Assembly: GCF_963921235.1 (NCBI RefSeq)
Contig: NC_086097.1
Location: forward strand, 65,100,001 to 65,164,000
From: Mobula hypostoma
Taxonomy: Eukaryota
Length of the DNA stretch: 64,000 nt
Reading direction: 5' to 3'
Shown here one piece after another: positions 50,900 to 64,000 of this stretch (positions are counted from its first letter, which is position 1; the number at the start of each line of letters is the position of its first letter). A program made the translations under genes and the position numbers. The notes beneath the pieces were generated by a model. It searched no databases. It had not been told where the DNA came from and worked only from the letters and a program-made list of their open reading frames with translations.

Positions 50900-51820
50900 G
50901 ATAATTTACCGAAAGCAGGATATAAATTTAAAGTCTGCATAGGTCATACTGGGAAATACCACATATGACAAATTATGGATGACATAGGCAAAATGGTAAA
51001 AATTAATAGCCAGAAGGCAAATGATTCTTAATACAGAAATTGTGTATTTTGGAGGAAATAACGTGGAAAACTGAAAATGCTGAAGGGTCCTGAAAGAGTG
51101 GCTGTGGAGAGAATGTTTCCTCTTGTGGGAGAATTTAGAACTAGAGGTTATTGTTTCAAAAATAACATGCAATCCATTTAAGACAGATGAAATATTTTCT
51201 CTGAGAATTGTCAGATTTGTATTGCTTTTCTTCAAAGGGTTGCCAAAAGAAACAGAATCTTTGAATTTTTAAATACAAAATTAGACTTTAAGTAGGGAGT
51301 GAGAAGTTACTGTGGGTAGATGGGAATGCAGAGCTTTTGTGGCAGTTAGTTCAGCTATGATCTTGTTAAATGCAGAGTAGGCTTGAAGAGTTGAATGGCC
51401 TTCTCTCGCTCCTAATTTGTATGTTATATGTAAGTATATAAACATAATATTAACATGGGGACTGGAATAAGTGGGAGTAGAGTGGGGGTAACAGAAACAA
51501 ATCTTTAACATGGCAGGAAATTTTTGAAAAGTTGATTAAAATTATGTAGAAGGGATCCTTGGTTTTATTAATGGAGGAAAAGCAAATAAGTTACAATAAG
51601 TCACAGAATGTTCTTTAGGCTTCAACAGAAGTCAGCAATTTTGAGCCCTGCACTTTAGGAAGGATGCCAATATTTTAACAAGGTGAAGAAAAGATTGACT
51701 GGAATAATATGAGGGACTGGCAACTTCAGTTACATAGAGAAAATGAAGTTGGGATTGGTCTCACAGAAGCCATAGCTGACAAGAGATCTGATAGAGGTTT
51801 TTCAAAACCACGAATGATTT
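50900..51820 (+). mobile_element. Highly degenerate CR1 fragments
   Basis: CR1-type 3' end (gcttgaagagttgaatggccttctctcgctcctaatttgtatgtt) and decayed RT-like sequence on either side. Confidence 0.55.
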
Positions 51821-53694
51821 TGAAAAAGTACCATGATATCTCAAAGGGAGGTGAACAATGCCATAAGCAATTGTGTAGCTTCAGAGTACTGATAGGAGTG
51901 GACACCTATTTCAATGATATTGATTTGGCATCCTAGATAAAGAATCAGAAGAATCTGATCAGAGGGCCTACATCTTAAAGGTGCCAGGACTCCAACAAGA
52001 ACCAAATGAAGAGTCAATGGAAGGCAAAAGAAAGAGAGTTAAATTTCTTTAATTATGTTCCAGTAATTTAGACCTAGTCTGGTAGAATAATTCTGGCATA
52101 AATCAGAATCAGGTTTATTATCACTGACATACATTGTAAAATTTGTTGTTTTGAGGCAGTACAGTGTAAGTCATAAAAATTATTATAAGTTACAATAAAT
52201 AAATGGTACAAGAAGAGAAACTTGTATGTCACTTATGAAAATTGGGACTAAATACATCTATTATCAATTGCAGTGATACAATTACATACTAAACATTAAA
52301 CCAAAGCTCAGACACAAATCACATTTTGTACCTTACAACTAATCAGCTACAGCAGGCATATCATATATTGTAACACAAATATTTTTAGGAGGGGTAATCT
52401 AACTGATGCCTTCAGCAAAAATGTATAGGACTGTACCATGCTCACATTCTTAAGTATTTGAAGCAAAGGATCTAGTTAACTGGGCTCAGTTGCCACACAG
52501 TCAGAGTCCAATGAAAGCTCAGAGATCATGAACATAACAATATGGTCATGACTGCTGTTTCAACACATCACATCCCACTCACTGAAAATCTCTTTCCCTT
52601 AAGTAACTCAGATGATTTAAATGTACTCCTCAATGCAGATTGACATGTGGAGGCTGGAGCTCTAGATGGCTGCAATCATTTACTTCCAAAATCTGCAAAC
52701 CAATAAACTGAAGAGATATGCGTGCCCAATGCTTTCTAAACAAGGAGAAAGGGTTGGGGGACGGGGAAGAGGAGATGGTTTTTCTATCTCATTCACTGAA
52801 AGAATCATGACATCATGCATCAAAGGTTAGAAGGATGGGCGAAAGACCAGATCATTCACGACGTCACTGAGTGAGAAACAAGCAACATGGCCCATTATGA
52901 TTTCTAATGTACACAGCAATGTATTGCCCATTGTGATTTGTGGAAGTATAAGAAGCTTAGAATGACAAACACCACTTACTCAGGTAATACATCAGAGGCA
53001 TGGTGCATGACTGCAGCAATACGTAAGATGACGGTCATTACTGACTGAATACATGATCTTTATTAAGATAAAGCAAGAGCACCACTCTCCATCTCTGCTG
53101 TCTTGCTTCTTTACAAGGGGGGCTTGAAATTTGGTCCTTCTCATAACAGTCTTTGGGTGAAGTAGGACTAAAAAATGAGGAAGTATCGGTATGTATAGGT
53201 AAAAAAAAGTATTGACCTAAAAATTGTTTCCAAAACTTCAGACAAATTGCAGCTCCAAACTTGACTGTGGCTAAGTCCTTCTGTCACCCTCACCCCTGCA
53301 TAGAGAACAGCAAGTGATGAAAGGGCCCTTTAGAAAGTACAGATGTAGGGCTTGTCTGCTCTTGCTGTACAGATCTGATCACTTGTGCATGTTATACACA
53401 GATTGATATTTGCATATACATGAATCATTTGTATGGGATTGACATTAATTTTACTAGGACAAGGATTGATATCAACTTTGCTTCATGCATGTACATGTCA
53501 TGCACACAAAAGCATGCATTTGAAAACTATAAAAGATTTCATGTTACATTTAAAAGAAGAATACACAATTGAATTTTTGAACTGTTACCTCTGCTGACCA
53601 ATCTTTTTTTTAGTTTTTGTTCTGTTTATTAATTGAAGGATTTTTCTCAACTTAACCTGTCCAAGGTAAACATAATTGGTTTATGCCTCCTATA

Positions 53695-54253
53695 CACTCA
53701 GTTGCCACTTTATTAGGTACACTTGTACACCTGTTCATTAATACAAATACCCAATTAACCAAACATGTGGCAACAACTGAATGCATAAAAACATGAGGTT
53801 CAGTTGTTGTTCATACCAAATACCAGAATGGGGAAGAAATGTGATCTAAGTGACTTAGACCATGGAATGATTGTTGGTGCCAGATGGGGTGATTTGAGTT
53901 TCTTAGAAACTCCTGATCTGTTGGGATTTTCACATACAACAGTCCATAGAGTTTACAGAGAATGGTGTGAAAAACAAAAAAAAAAGCACATCCAATGAGT
54001 GCCAGTTCTGTGGGTAAAAATAACTTGCAATGGGAGAAGTCAGAGGATAATGGTTAGACTGTTCAAGCTGTCAGGAAGACAACAGTAATTTAAATAATCA
54101 TGCATTACACAATGGTGTGCAGAAGAGCATCTCTGAGCGCACAACAGGTCAAACCTTGAAGTGGATGGGCTACAGCAGCAGAAGGCCACAAACATACTCT
54201 CAGTTGCCACTTTAGTAGGTACAGGTGCTACCTGATAAAGTGGCCACTTAGTG
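53695..54253 (+). mobile_element. Non-autonomous Tc1/mariner deletion derivative
   Basis: TA at 53693-94 and 54254-55; TIRs cactcagttgccactttattaggtac / ctacctgataaagtggccacttagtg; N-terminal HTH remnant MGKKCDLSDLDHGMIVGAR...TVHRVYREW. Confidence 0.88.
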
Positions 54254-54334
54254 TATCTCAAACAGGTAATTAGCATAACAAGACAACATTAATAAGGAAA
54301 AATTAATGCAATATAGAGTTTAAATTCTACTTAC

Positions 54335-54442
54335 CTGTGAAAAAGAATTCCATTGAGCTTGTAGGCTAACCTTGACTACTTCAAAAGGATTGACAACGAT
54401 TGCTTCTGTGAGACCAGATCCAAGACCAGCCAGTGTAAAAAT
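54335..54442 (-). CDS. SLC25A21: SLC25A21 exon 6 equivalent
   Basis: 108 nt, ctag acceptor and gtaagt donor; IFTLAGLGSGLTEAIVVNPFEVVKVSLQAQWNSFSQ. Confidence 0.96.
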
Positions 54443-57029
54443 CTAGAAAATTACCAATAAATGCATAATTGGGAATTACTGAGGATTTAAAGAAAATAAC
54501 ACTGTTCTTAGTTTAGATTAGTGTTACCCTTATCTCTGACAGTGATAACTTCAAAGCCTACTTCAAATGATTAACTACATAATCCAAGCTCACACTTTAG
54601 TACCACACTGAAGCAGAATCAGAATCAGATTTATTATCACCGACATATGTCGTGAAATTTGTTTTGTGACAGCAGTAGAATGCAAAGCATCAGATTACTA
54701 TGTTACAATAAATGAATGAATGGGGGGAAAAGTGCACAAGAGGAAAAGTGAGGTAGTGTTTATCAACCATTCAGAAATGTGATGGCATATGAAAAGAAAC
54801 TAAAACATTGCATGTGGGTCTTTAGGGACTGCACCATTCATCAGCAAATTTCAGGTAAACTTTAAAGAAAGCACTTGCCTATTCTCTCAAGTGGACTGAA
54901 AAGATCTCAAGATTAGACAGACACATGAACTGGCAGGAAATATGGGGATATGTGTAGATCAATGGAATTAGATAGATGGACACCATACTTGGCACGATAA
55001 TGGTAGACCAAAGGGTCTAAATGTTCTGCGTTCTGATCTATGTTCTATGTTCATTCTGACAGCATGAACTTGAGGCTTGGAATGATCCCTGTGCCAGAAC
55101 AGCTAGCCTGATATTGAGTCATACACCTTATTTGTTTGTAAACTTTAGATACCAACTGGGTGACCCAAGCAGCTTGTTTACAATTATCATTTCAATTTAG
55201 CAAGAGGTCTCAGTGGGGAGAGTGAAACAGTTGAGGAGCTTTCTAGTTAGACAAAACTCAAATTAAAAACTCTCACCATGTTTTTAAATGTCCCCTCAGT
55301 CTCGTATTTTCCCATCTTTAATTTCCTCCAATCCCATAAAATATAGTTGAAAGCTATGCTCAAGCCAGTTGTCAACTTCAATTACTCCACCATTATTGAT
55401 CATTCCTGAAGTTTCCAGGGCCCTACACTCTAGAATTATTTCTTTCAACTTCTGTACCTTTCCAACTCTCTCTCTGCCTTAAGATAATCTGTTCCTTTGA
55501 ATATCTCTATTAAAAAATGAGACAAAGAAAAGACACATAACCACTCATTAATGTTGTAATTGTTCTAGGCTTTGGTCTCAAAATCAACCCATTAATATAA
55601 TAATAAAATTAACTCTTCATCACAGCAAAACCACAAAGCCTCACAGTTCTCAATATTGATGTATTAACTTGATAACGTTTGATTTGTTAAACCATGCTTC
55701 AGTACCAGGATTTATCATTTTTTAAAAATTCCATTGCTGAAGAACTAGTCTGTTCAGATTTCACACTTGGATACGCTTTGTTTGACTTGAACAGTGCTCT
55801 GCTGTTCCAGTTCAATGGTTTTCAAAGTAAAGAGAAATTTAAGGGAAATTAATTGTTGAATTCAATTTTTATGTAATACTGTTGCTGTAATTTAATACAT
55901 GCCTTTGAGGAAATTGGTTTGAGTCAAGGTGACTTTCCCAAGGTAGAGCTAATGTCGGATAAGCTTGTGTAAAATTAAGCAACTTGTTAGACAATACAAT
56001 AGAATTATTAAGATCTTAGGTTGCAATTGTTCCAGTTGAAACTCTGCAAGTCTATAATTTTAAATTAAACAGATTTGAAAAACGTTCAAAATGAATTCAG
56101 GTGAAATTCACAAACAGTTAATTCATAAGTTATAGGCTGAAAATGTATGGTGTATGTAAATAGTGGACCAAATAAATAAACATCGATTATTCTACCATTT
56201 GGATTAAGATGATTCATCACAATAATTCAATAAAATCAGATAAACTATTTCACCTTCACTGTAATTCAAAAACTACTCATAAGGAAGGACATTCTTCTGT
56301 GGTAATAAACACTGCAATATGCAATAAATATTGACACCATAAAAGGCGAATAATGCAAACATAATAAAGGGAAGCATTTAGCCTCTTGTGCTTGCTCTGC
56401 AATTCTAGAAAATCCTGGGTGATTTTTTTTTTACCACAGTGCCATTTTCCACATATCCCTTTATTACTGTAATAAGTGAAAATCTGGTAATCTCAGTCTC
56501 TTGGTGTATTCAGTTACAGAGCTTTCACAGCCTACTGGGTGAAGAGATTTCTTCTCACCTCAGTCCTAAATAAACACCAATTTGAAACTCTTATGCCTGG
56601 TTCTGGCCATCCCAGCCAGGTAAACGACAACTCAGCATTTACCTTGTCAAGGCCCACAAGTATTTTAAGACATTTCAATGAGACCATCACTCATTCTTCT
56701 AAACTCATGAGAGTATTGGCTCAATCTGTTTACTGAAGCTAGCTTGAAGCCAGTAAAAAGAGCATGCCTGGATTTAATACACAAACTAAGTGATTATTCT
56801 ACTTTGGAAAAGTTTTGCAGTATACAATTGACTAAAATATGAGCTGGACCAACTATATAAACATTATGTTTGTAAAAGCAGTGTAGTAGCTCACCTGCAA
56901 TCCCTTAAAGACCATTTGCCATTTGCAAGTGCTGATCATTATAGTGTAATGAAATACCTCTCACCTGAATTTGAAGAAAAAGCCACAGAGCATGTAAAAA
57001 AACATCTAGGACAAGTAGTTGACCTGATG

Positions 57030-57885
57030 ACCTGCATTCTAGGGATTTAAAGGAAGTAATAGCTGTGGTTGTGGTTATATTGGCTGGCATTTTCCAAAAT
57101 GCCATAGATGTGAGAATTGCTTCCAGAGTGGAAGAAGCAAATACGTATGATCACACTAGTTGAGAAGGATGGAGAGAAGGAACAGTTTACTGTTGATCAG
57201 TTAGTTGGAACAAATACGGGAACCTACTAACAAGTATGTAGTAATACTTGTGCAAGGGAAATCATGTTTGATAAATCATGGAGCTTGCAGAATATATTTT
57301 AACTTTCAGAAGGCTTACATTAAAGTGTACAATTTGGATTACTAACCAAAATTAGAGTACAAAGAATTGAGAGTGCACATTGCATGGATTGCGGATTGGT
57401 TGATAGAAAGCAGAGAGGAGGAATAAGTGGGTCACTTGCAGAATTGTGGCTGGGGGTAAAGGTTGTGATCTATGGGATACTGCAGCGACCTGTACTGTGG
57501 GTGCCCAGCTGTTCACTATCTTCAATGATCAGATGAGAGGATCAAGGATAATATTTTCACATTTGTTGATGGTACAAACTCAGAGAACAACCTGGGTTAT
57601 AAGGAGCATGCAAAGAGATTCAAGAAGTTGTAAGTAGTTTGGTAGGAAGGCAGCATATTGTTTTCCCCTAATGGTGAGAGAATTATGTTCTCAATATTAT
57701 TTATTTACTTATTTATCATTATTATATTTGCACAGTTTGTCTTCTTTTCCACATTGGATATTTGTCAGACTTTCATGTTTAGTTTTTCATTGATTCTATT
57801 GTATTCTATTCTTTGTCCTGCTGTGAAAGCCTACAAGAAAATGAATCTCAGGGTAGTGTATGGTGATTTTATATATATATATATA

Positions 57886-57942
<57 letters not shown>

Positions 57943-58660
57943 GCTTACTTTGAACTTTAGGACTGAAGGTTTTGATTTTCAAAGAACCCTAGTGTCCATG
58001 TACACAAATCACTGAAGGTTAACATGCAGGTAGACCTGGTATTTAGGAAGGCAAATTGCTCTTTAATGAAAGAAGATTTGAGAACAAACACAGAGACGAC
58101 TTACTCTAATTATATGGGAGATTGGACAGATCATAGCTGGAACATTATGTGTAGGTTTGGCCTTCCAGTCCAAGGAAGGCTGTCCTTGTAGTTGAAGGAA
58201 TGCAGTGAGAGTTCACCAGATTGATTCCCAAATTGACAGGTTTATCATATGAGCAGGAAATTATTAAACAGACTGGACCCGTACTTCAAGTCTGGAAGAA
58301 TGCGAGGTAATCAATTTGAAAGGAAGAGATTCTTAAGGAACTTGACAGAGTTGGCATTTCTCTTACTAGAACCAGTAACATAACCTTAAGCAGGCTGTTC
58401 AATCAGAGATGAGCAGAAACTTCTTTATTCTAAGGGTTGCGAACCTTTGTAGTTCTTAATCTGAGAAAACTATATAGATTCAATCACTTCATATATTCAA
58501 GTCAGAGATCAACTGATTTTAAGATGTTAGGGTAAACAAGGGATAGTGGACTATGGGATTAGTGGAGGAAAGCGGCTCAGAGGTTAAAAGCAAATCTGCC
58601 AAAACTGGAGGAGGCCTGAGAGGTTGACTAACCTACTCCTGATTCTATTTATTCTGTTTT
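57030..58660 (+). mobile_element. Degenerate CR1 LINE interrupted by a Rex1-type tail (~57680-57960)
   Basis: Decayed RT sequence (GAQLFTIFND; ttcaccagattgattcc) and a CR1 3' end at ~58610-58650. Confidence 0.65.
57870..57941 (+). repeat. Compound (TA)n(CA)n microsatellite
   Basis: Directly visible. Confidence 0.95.
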
Positions 58661-59724
58661 GACTGATTCGTAAACCATCCTGATGTGTACTACTGTCCAT
58701 TCATTGTTATAATGTCAAAGTCCTGGAATTCTTTGGGAAGAAATAGCGTTGACTCAGAATGTGCAAGCTTCCACTGAAGTTTAAGGGAATTAAAGACATA
58801 AAACTGAGCCATCACAATGCCACCAGTGGTAGATGGATTTAACTACCATACCAACTTTACAGAGGTAATTCCATTCAATTTGGAATTTGGAAATTATGAT
58901 CAAATGAACAAAAGGGATACAAGATAAAAGCCAACAAAAGCTAAGGTGAGATTTTACAGCCAGCTACTGATTTTACAAATTTAACAGCAGAGATGGAAAT
59001 AATGTGTTATCTTCTGGCAATTTGCAATTCATATGGTTTCTCTTCCTCACAACAAATTGCTAGATGAATTGCATTCAATAACAAACGTATACTACAAAAT
59101 AGATTAGATTAGATTCAACTTTATTGTCATTGTGCCGAGTACAGATACAATGCCAATGAAATGTATTTAGCATCTGACCAGAAATGCAAATAGTGTTATT
59201 TACAAAATAAATGCGAATAAAAAAAGTGCTACAGCACACAAATATAAAAGTACTGAGACAGTATAGTACATGTAACTTACAGTATATGTAACTTCTGTAG
59301 TAAAATTCAACCCCATGCAAATAAGGGTAAATGGGGCAGATTACGAAAGGAAATTCTGCATTCGGTTTTTTTATCTCCTTGTGTACCATCTCAATATACT
59401 TACATATGTATACATCTCTCTGGATGGCCTGCAAACCAAAACTTTTCAATGTATCTCAGTGCACATGACAATCATAAACGATTTTCTAATTTGTAAGGTC
59501 AGTAAATGGACACCTCCTCCTTTCATCATTTTTCCATTTGGCATTTCCAAATCATTTACCTTTAATATGAGCAAAGCACCAAGAATCTGAAATTAAAGCA
59601 GCCAGTGCTGGAATGCTCATCATGCTTATTATCAGTAAGAACGACGCAATAAAAGTCCTCAACAAGCTAACGCACTGGAACATAAACATCTAGCCCAGAG
59701 TTTAAATAGTTTGACAATGGAAGT

Positions 59725-59832
59725 AAACATCGACTGTGCTTCTTCCTATGGATGCTGCCTGGCCTGCTGCGTTCCACCAGCATTTTGTGTGTGTTGCTTG
59801 AATTTCCAGCATCTGCAGATTTTCTCGTGTTT
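59725..59832 (+). mobile_element. Solo Penelope pLTR half, same family as the 6.4-kb hairpin
   Basis: aaacatcgactgtgcttcttcctatggatgctgcctggcctgctgcgttccaccagc...gaatttccagcatctgcaga aligns to 6475-6583. Confidence 0.8.
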
Positions 59833-61668
59833 CCTTATGCTGTGCTGTCTTCCATATTTAACTGCTATATCTATATTAATGCCGTATCAGGGTGTATAGG
59901 ATATTCAGGGAGAGGTAGCAATTCTGGTGTCGGGGCTTGTTGTATCCATTCTGGGGCAGCTCACTCACCTTTGGTCCCCATTGGCCACTCAGCTCTCACT
60001 TGTGGCTCCAGTAGCTGCTTGCATGCAACAGCAGCCACACACCAGTATACAGCTTCAACAAGCAGGCTAAATCAGATGAGGGTAGCCAATGGCCTAATAC
60101 CCTGGTGAGATAGGGACATGCCTGTCCTAGCATGCAAAGTCAGCTCTGGCAGATTGGGTGGATGAGATCTATAGTGAAATCCGACAGCCAGGAGGGCAGT
60201 ACTGCACTACTCCATGGAGAGCAAAGGGCATGACAAGGCACAGAAGATGTCATGGTCATCCGCTGCAACCTAGGAAGATCCCAGTTTGTGATGCTTGTTC
60301 ATATCACTGGACCCAGATTTCTGAGGTCAAGAGAGTGGAAATGGCCCAGTGCAACAACTTTTCCACTTTCAAAACTCTCCCACACACAATTTCAGTCATT
60401 ATCATACATGACGTACAATCACCAATGCTGTATCACTATCCAAAAGCATAAGTGCCCTTAAGTAGCAAACAAAACAGCACTTCTTGCATTGCTCCAGGAA
60501 GTAAAAGCACAATCAGTTTCCCTCACCATCAAACAGGGGGTTTTAGGCTACACAGTTAATCACCTGGCCAAAGCATTTCTTTCTGATTTGAAATTTTTTT
60601 TATTCATTATAGTTTATACCAGTTATATTTTTGGCCACTTACAGGACTATAGTTTTGGCACTGGAAAGTTTTGAATAATATATATTACATAAATGCACAC
60701 ATCTGCTAAAATTGAGACCCAAGTTCATTAAAGACCTTTATATATTTTTAAAGTGATTTCTCAACACTGGGATCAATATCAGGAATTTCAAATTAAAGCC
60801 TTAAAACAACTTTAGAGTATCAGAGCCTTTGCGTATTATTTCTCACATTATCCCAAGTAACAATAATAATAAAGAATGTTAGCTTAGTTTGATTTATATC
60901 TCTTTAATTATGTAGCTCTGACAACATCAGTTAAGATCAACTGACAAAGATATCAAGAGTGAAATTCTACTGAAAGAAATGAAAACCAGTTCAAAATTCC
61001 AGATTTCCAATATTATGAAGCCACTTATTTTGTTATTTACATGTAACTTTTAAAAACTCCTGCAACAACATGCCCCTAATCCCTTCCAAATAATCATGCC
61101 TCATACCCTGGGTTTTCATAAACTGGACAGCTTTCCATGATGCCTGTCTAGAAGTCTGTTGATCTGCCAGTCAGCAACAATTTTAACACTAAACTTTTGA
61201 CTTTGTACAAGTTAGCCACTGAGTACGCTTCCCTAACAAGTTCATCCTTAACTAACTCTGTTCAACACCTAAATACACAAGCACAGGTAAACAGGAAGTT
61301 GACAGCAGGAATGCAAGAAGACAAAGGCACTAAACCCTGTGATGAATGACAGCTCATGAACAAATTTACAGTGAGTTAAACTTATAAAACTTAATAGTAT
61401 ATGGAGATTTGGTTGACCATAACATGTAACCTCAAATTATAAAAATAAGTTATTTAAGTCTTTATAAGGAAAATGACAGTTAACCAAAATTGGGGAAAAA
61501 AATAAGTGAAGCCATGTGTTGCATTAAAGAACCATTTATTGTGGAACATTGTAACAATAAATTGTTCACATTTTATCGACATCTTTAGGAAAGTGACTGC
61601 TATGTGAAAGTTTATCACCAGTTTAACTAGATGTAATGCCAATCAAAGGAGCTATAATTTGTACTTAC

Positions 61669-61728
61669 CACACCAGTTGGCAGCGAAGCATAGCCTAATA
61701 TCTTCTTATATTGCTCAAAAGTCAAAAA
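61669..61728 (-). CDS. SLC25A21: SLC25A21 exon 5 equivalent (most 5' exon in the window)
   Basis: 60 nt, ctag acceptor and gtaagt donor; FLTFEQYKKILGYASLPTGV. Confidence 0.93.
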
Positions 61729-61869
61729 CTAGAAACCAAACCATAATGATATAATCATTAGTTCAAATAAGATAACCAAATGTGTTGACCTCTTCAGCAA
61801 ATGCCATTGTGCTGTTCAATTCATTTTCAATCAAAGGCAAAAGTAAATGCATTAAATGAATGCCCACAA

Positions 61870-62585
61870 AATGAAAAGAAAAGCTTTCTTAAGTATATAA
61901 GGGGTAAAAGAGAGTCGAGGGTACATATAGGACCAACACAAAATGACGCTGGATATATTGTAATGAGAGATGCAGAGATGGCAGAGGAACTGAATGCATA
62001 TTTTGCATCAGGTCTTCACAGTAGAAGACGTCTGCAGTATACCGGACATTCAAGAGTGTCAGGGAAGTGAAGTTTGTGCAGTGAAAATTACGACTGAGAA
62101 GGTGCTTAGGAAGCTTAATAGTCTGAGGGTGGATAAATCTCCTGGACCTGATGGAATGCACCCTCGGGTTCTGAAGGAAGTAGCTGGAGAGATCGCGGAG
62201 GCATTAACGATGATCTTTGAAGAATCGATAGATTCTGGCATTGTACTAGATGACTGGAAAATTGCAAATGTTACTCCGCTATTTAAGAAGGGTGGGAGGC
62301 AGCAGAAAGGAAACTATAGACCTGTTAACCTGACATGAGTAGTTGGGAAGTTGTTGGAATCGATTGTTAGGGATGAGATTATGGAGTACCTGGAGGCACA
62401 TGAGAAGATAGGCCTAAGCCAGGCAGAGATAGATAGGTTCTTGATTAGCCAGGGTATCAAAGGGTATGGGGTGAAAGCAGGGGAGTGGGGATAACTGGAA
62501 GAATTGGATCAGCCCATGATTGAACGGCGGAGCAGACTCAATGGGCCGAATGACCTACTTCTGCTCCTATATCTTATGGTCTTAA
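61870..62585 (+). mobile_element. CR1 LINE with a large internal deletion
   Basis: KSFLKYIRGKR, KSPGPDGMHPRVLKE, DDWKIANVTPLFKKG, NYRPVNLT*; jumps at ~62420 directly to the C-terminal AEIDRFL segment, 3' UTR and tcttatgg tail. Confidence 0.85.
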
Positions 62586-64000
62586 AACTTCTAAGAATAA
62601 GGGCCATAATGTTCCATTTTCAAAAAGAAGCAAGTAACATGAATCAGATATAAATACAGCTGTGTGTTCTTTAGTTGCACAAAATAACATTTCAAAATTA
62701 ATTACTGAAGGGAATTGAAGGGAATAAGTAGGGATGATAATGGTAGTTTTAATCTCAAAAAAGACACAATTGAAGAGACATCAATAATTACAAGCCACTT
62801 TCTGAACAATGTAAGGTACCTGAGCCACATTTTTCAATAGAAGTATTTTTAAAAGAAAGAGTTCAACATAAAAAGTCATTCTTGATCAAACAGTGACAGA
62901 CAGGTAATCAGGTATATATTTCAAATTAACACAAAATCAAATTAGCTCCAAATTTTCCACACAGTGAGCCAAACAAAAGAGCTTGTCCTTTAAACTCTGT
63001 TGTCCAACCTAACTTTTTCAACCCACTCCATCCTTTCTACACTAGCACTGCTTTTCCAGATAACTGTGTACCTTACTCCCTTCTTCTCAGTAAGTAATCA
63101 ATTCAGCTGCTTTTTAAACATGTCAATTAGTGTGTATCATTAAGAAGGGAATTAGTCTAAGGTAACAGAGCATTTCAAAGGTTGGTGAATGAACTGGTAA
63201 CTGTGATATGATCACTATGACTTATTCCATTCGATTTAATGAATAAATGACAATTTTTATGCAGTAAAAAAGACATGGAGTGATAGCATGGAATCCAATA
63301 AGGTGCTTAGGTAATACTGATGCTATTTCAACAGTGATTGCATATCAAAACAACTTAATTAGCTGTCAATCACTTTGTGTTCTCCTGAGAAAGAATAAAA
63401 AATATGCTATATAATGCTAGTTCTATATACAACTAACCAATGATTCCTATTATTAGAAATTTTTTATCTGCATGGTGGAAGTCCAGCTAGCTTGGCACAA
63501 TACTATACTGAAGGGTAGACAGGAAGGGACAGGACTAGTGATTTACACTACAATTCCATTTTATAGCAGACTCAGGGACAATCAAGTTAAGACAGAAGTG
63601 CTTTCCATCTAGTGCATAAGAAAGCAAACCAAAAATTATACAATGGGCCAAATCATGCAGCATGTGATTTTCGAGCTGCTAGATCTGTTCTGAGTGAATT
63701 ATGAATATACTGCTATATAATGCTTTTGTTAGAGACCCTCAGCATGAAGGCGGCACTTTGGCTTTGAAGGATAATTATCTTGTGGTAACTTTTACTAATG
63801 CTAGATTGGCAAGGACCAGCTCGAGCAGGATCACTCTCTACTTGCCACAGACCCAGTTTGGAATTTATGTCCTTTCAAAGCTCGACAAGCTCAGACTATG
63901 CTACCATCTTACTCTTGGTGATGGGTAATGAAGTCCACCATCCAATTTATATTCCGTTCCCTAACTGTTTTTAGTGTTTCTTTGAATTGTTGTTGAATAT

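Noticed and set aside
59890-60425. GC-richer segment that looks like an interspersed repeat
   Set aside because: Probably a SINE/LINE fragment, but I found no diagnostic motif, TSD or second copy to support a call.
1-64000. tRNA, rRNA, CRISPR arrays or prokaryote-type systems
   Set aside because: None seen; the short tandem repeats are LINE tails or microsatellites in a eukaryotic locus.

Overview
Vertebrate genomic DNA. The repeat content (CR1 with TTTCTATG tails, HE1-like V-SINE, Rex1/Babar-type LINEs, Penelope termini) suggests a cartilaginous fish, probably a ray; this is an inference. The window holds the complete PAX9 coding sequence (+ strand, 4 coding exons, 24135-29920, 346 aa) lying tail-to-tail with the last six coding exons of SLC25A21 (- strand, 61728 to 32212; the 5' exons lie beyond the right edge). 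This is the conserved NKX2-1/NKX2-8/PAX9/SLC25A21 synteny block. About 13.6-29.6 kb is CpG-retaining and nearly transposon-free, with candidate enhancers including a perfect GLI site flanked by SOX sites. The flanks and the large SLC25A21 introns are dense in nested TEs: Rex1-like LINEs, CR1 (one with an uninterrupted RT ORF), two Tc1/mariner elements, a hAT MITE, a Harbinger fossil and Penelope remnants. The most unusual object is a ~220-bp near-perfect hairpin at 6366-6583. It carries an intact minimal hammerhead ribozyme and is flanked by a 15-bp target-site duplication. Exon boundaries were read base by base; old TE boundaries are approximate.
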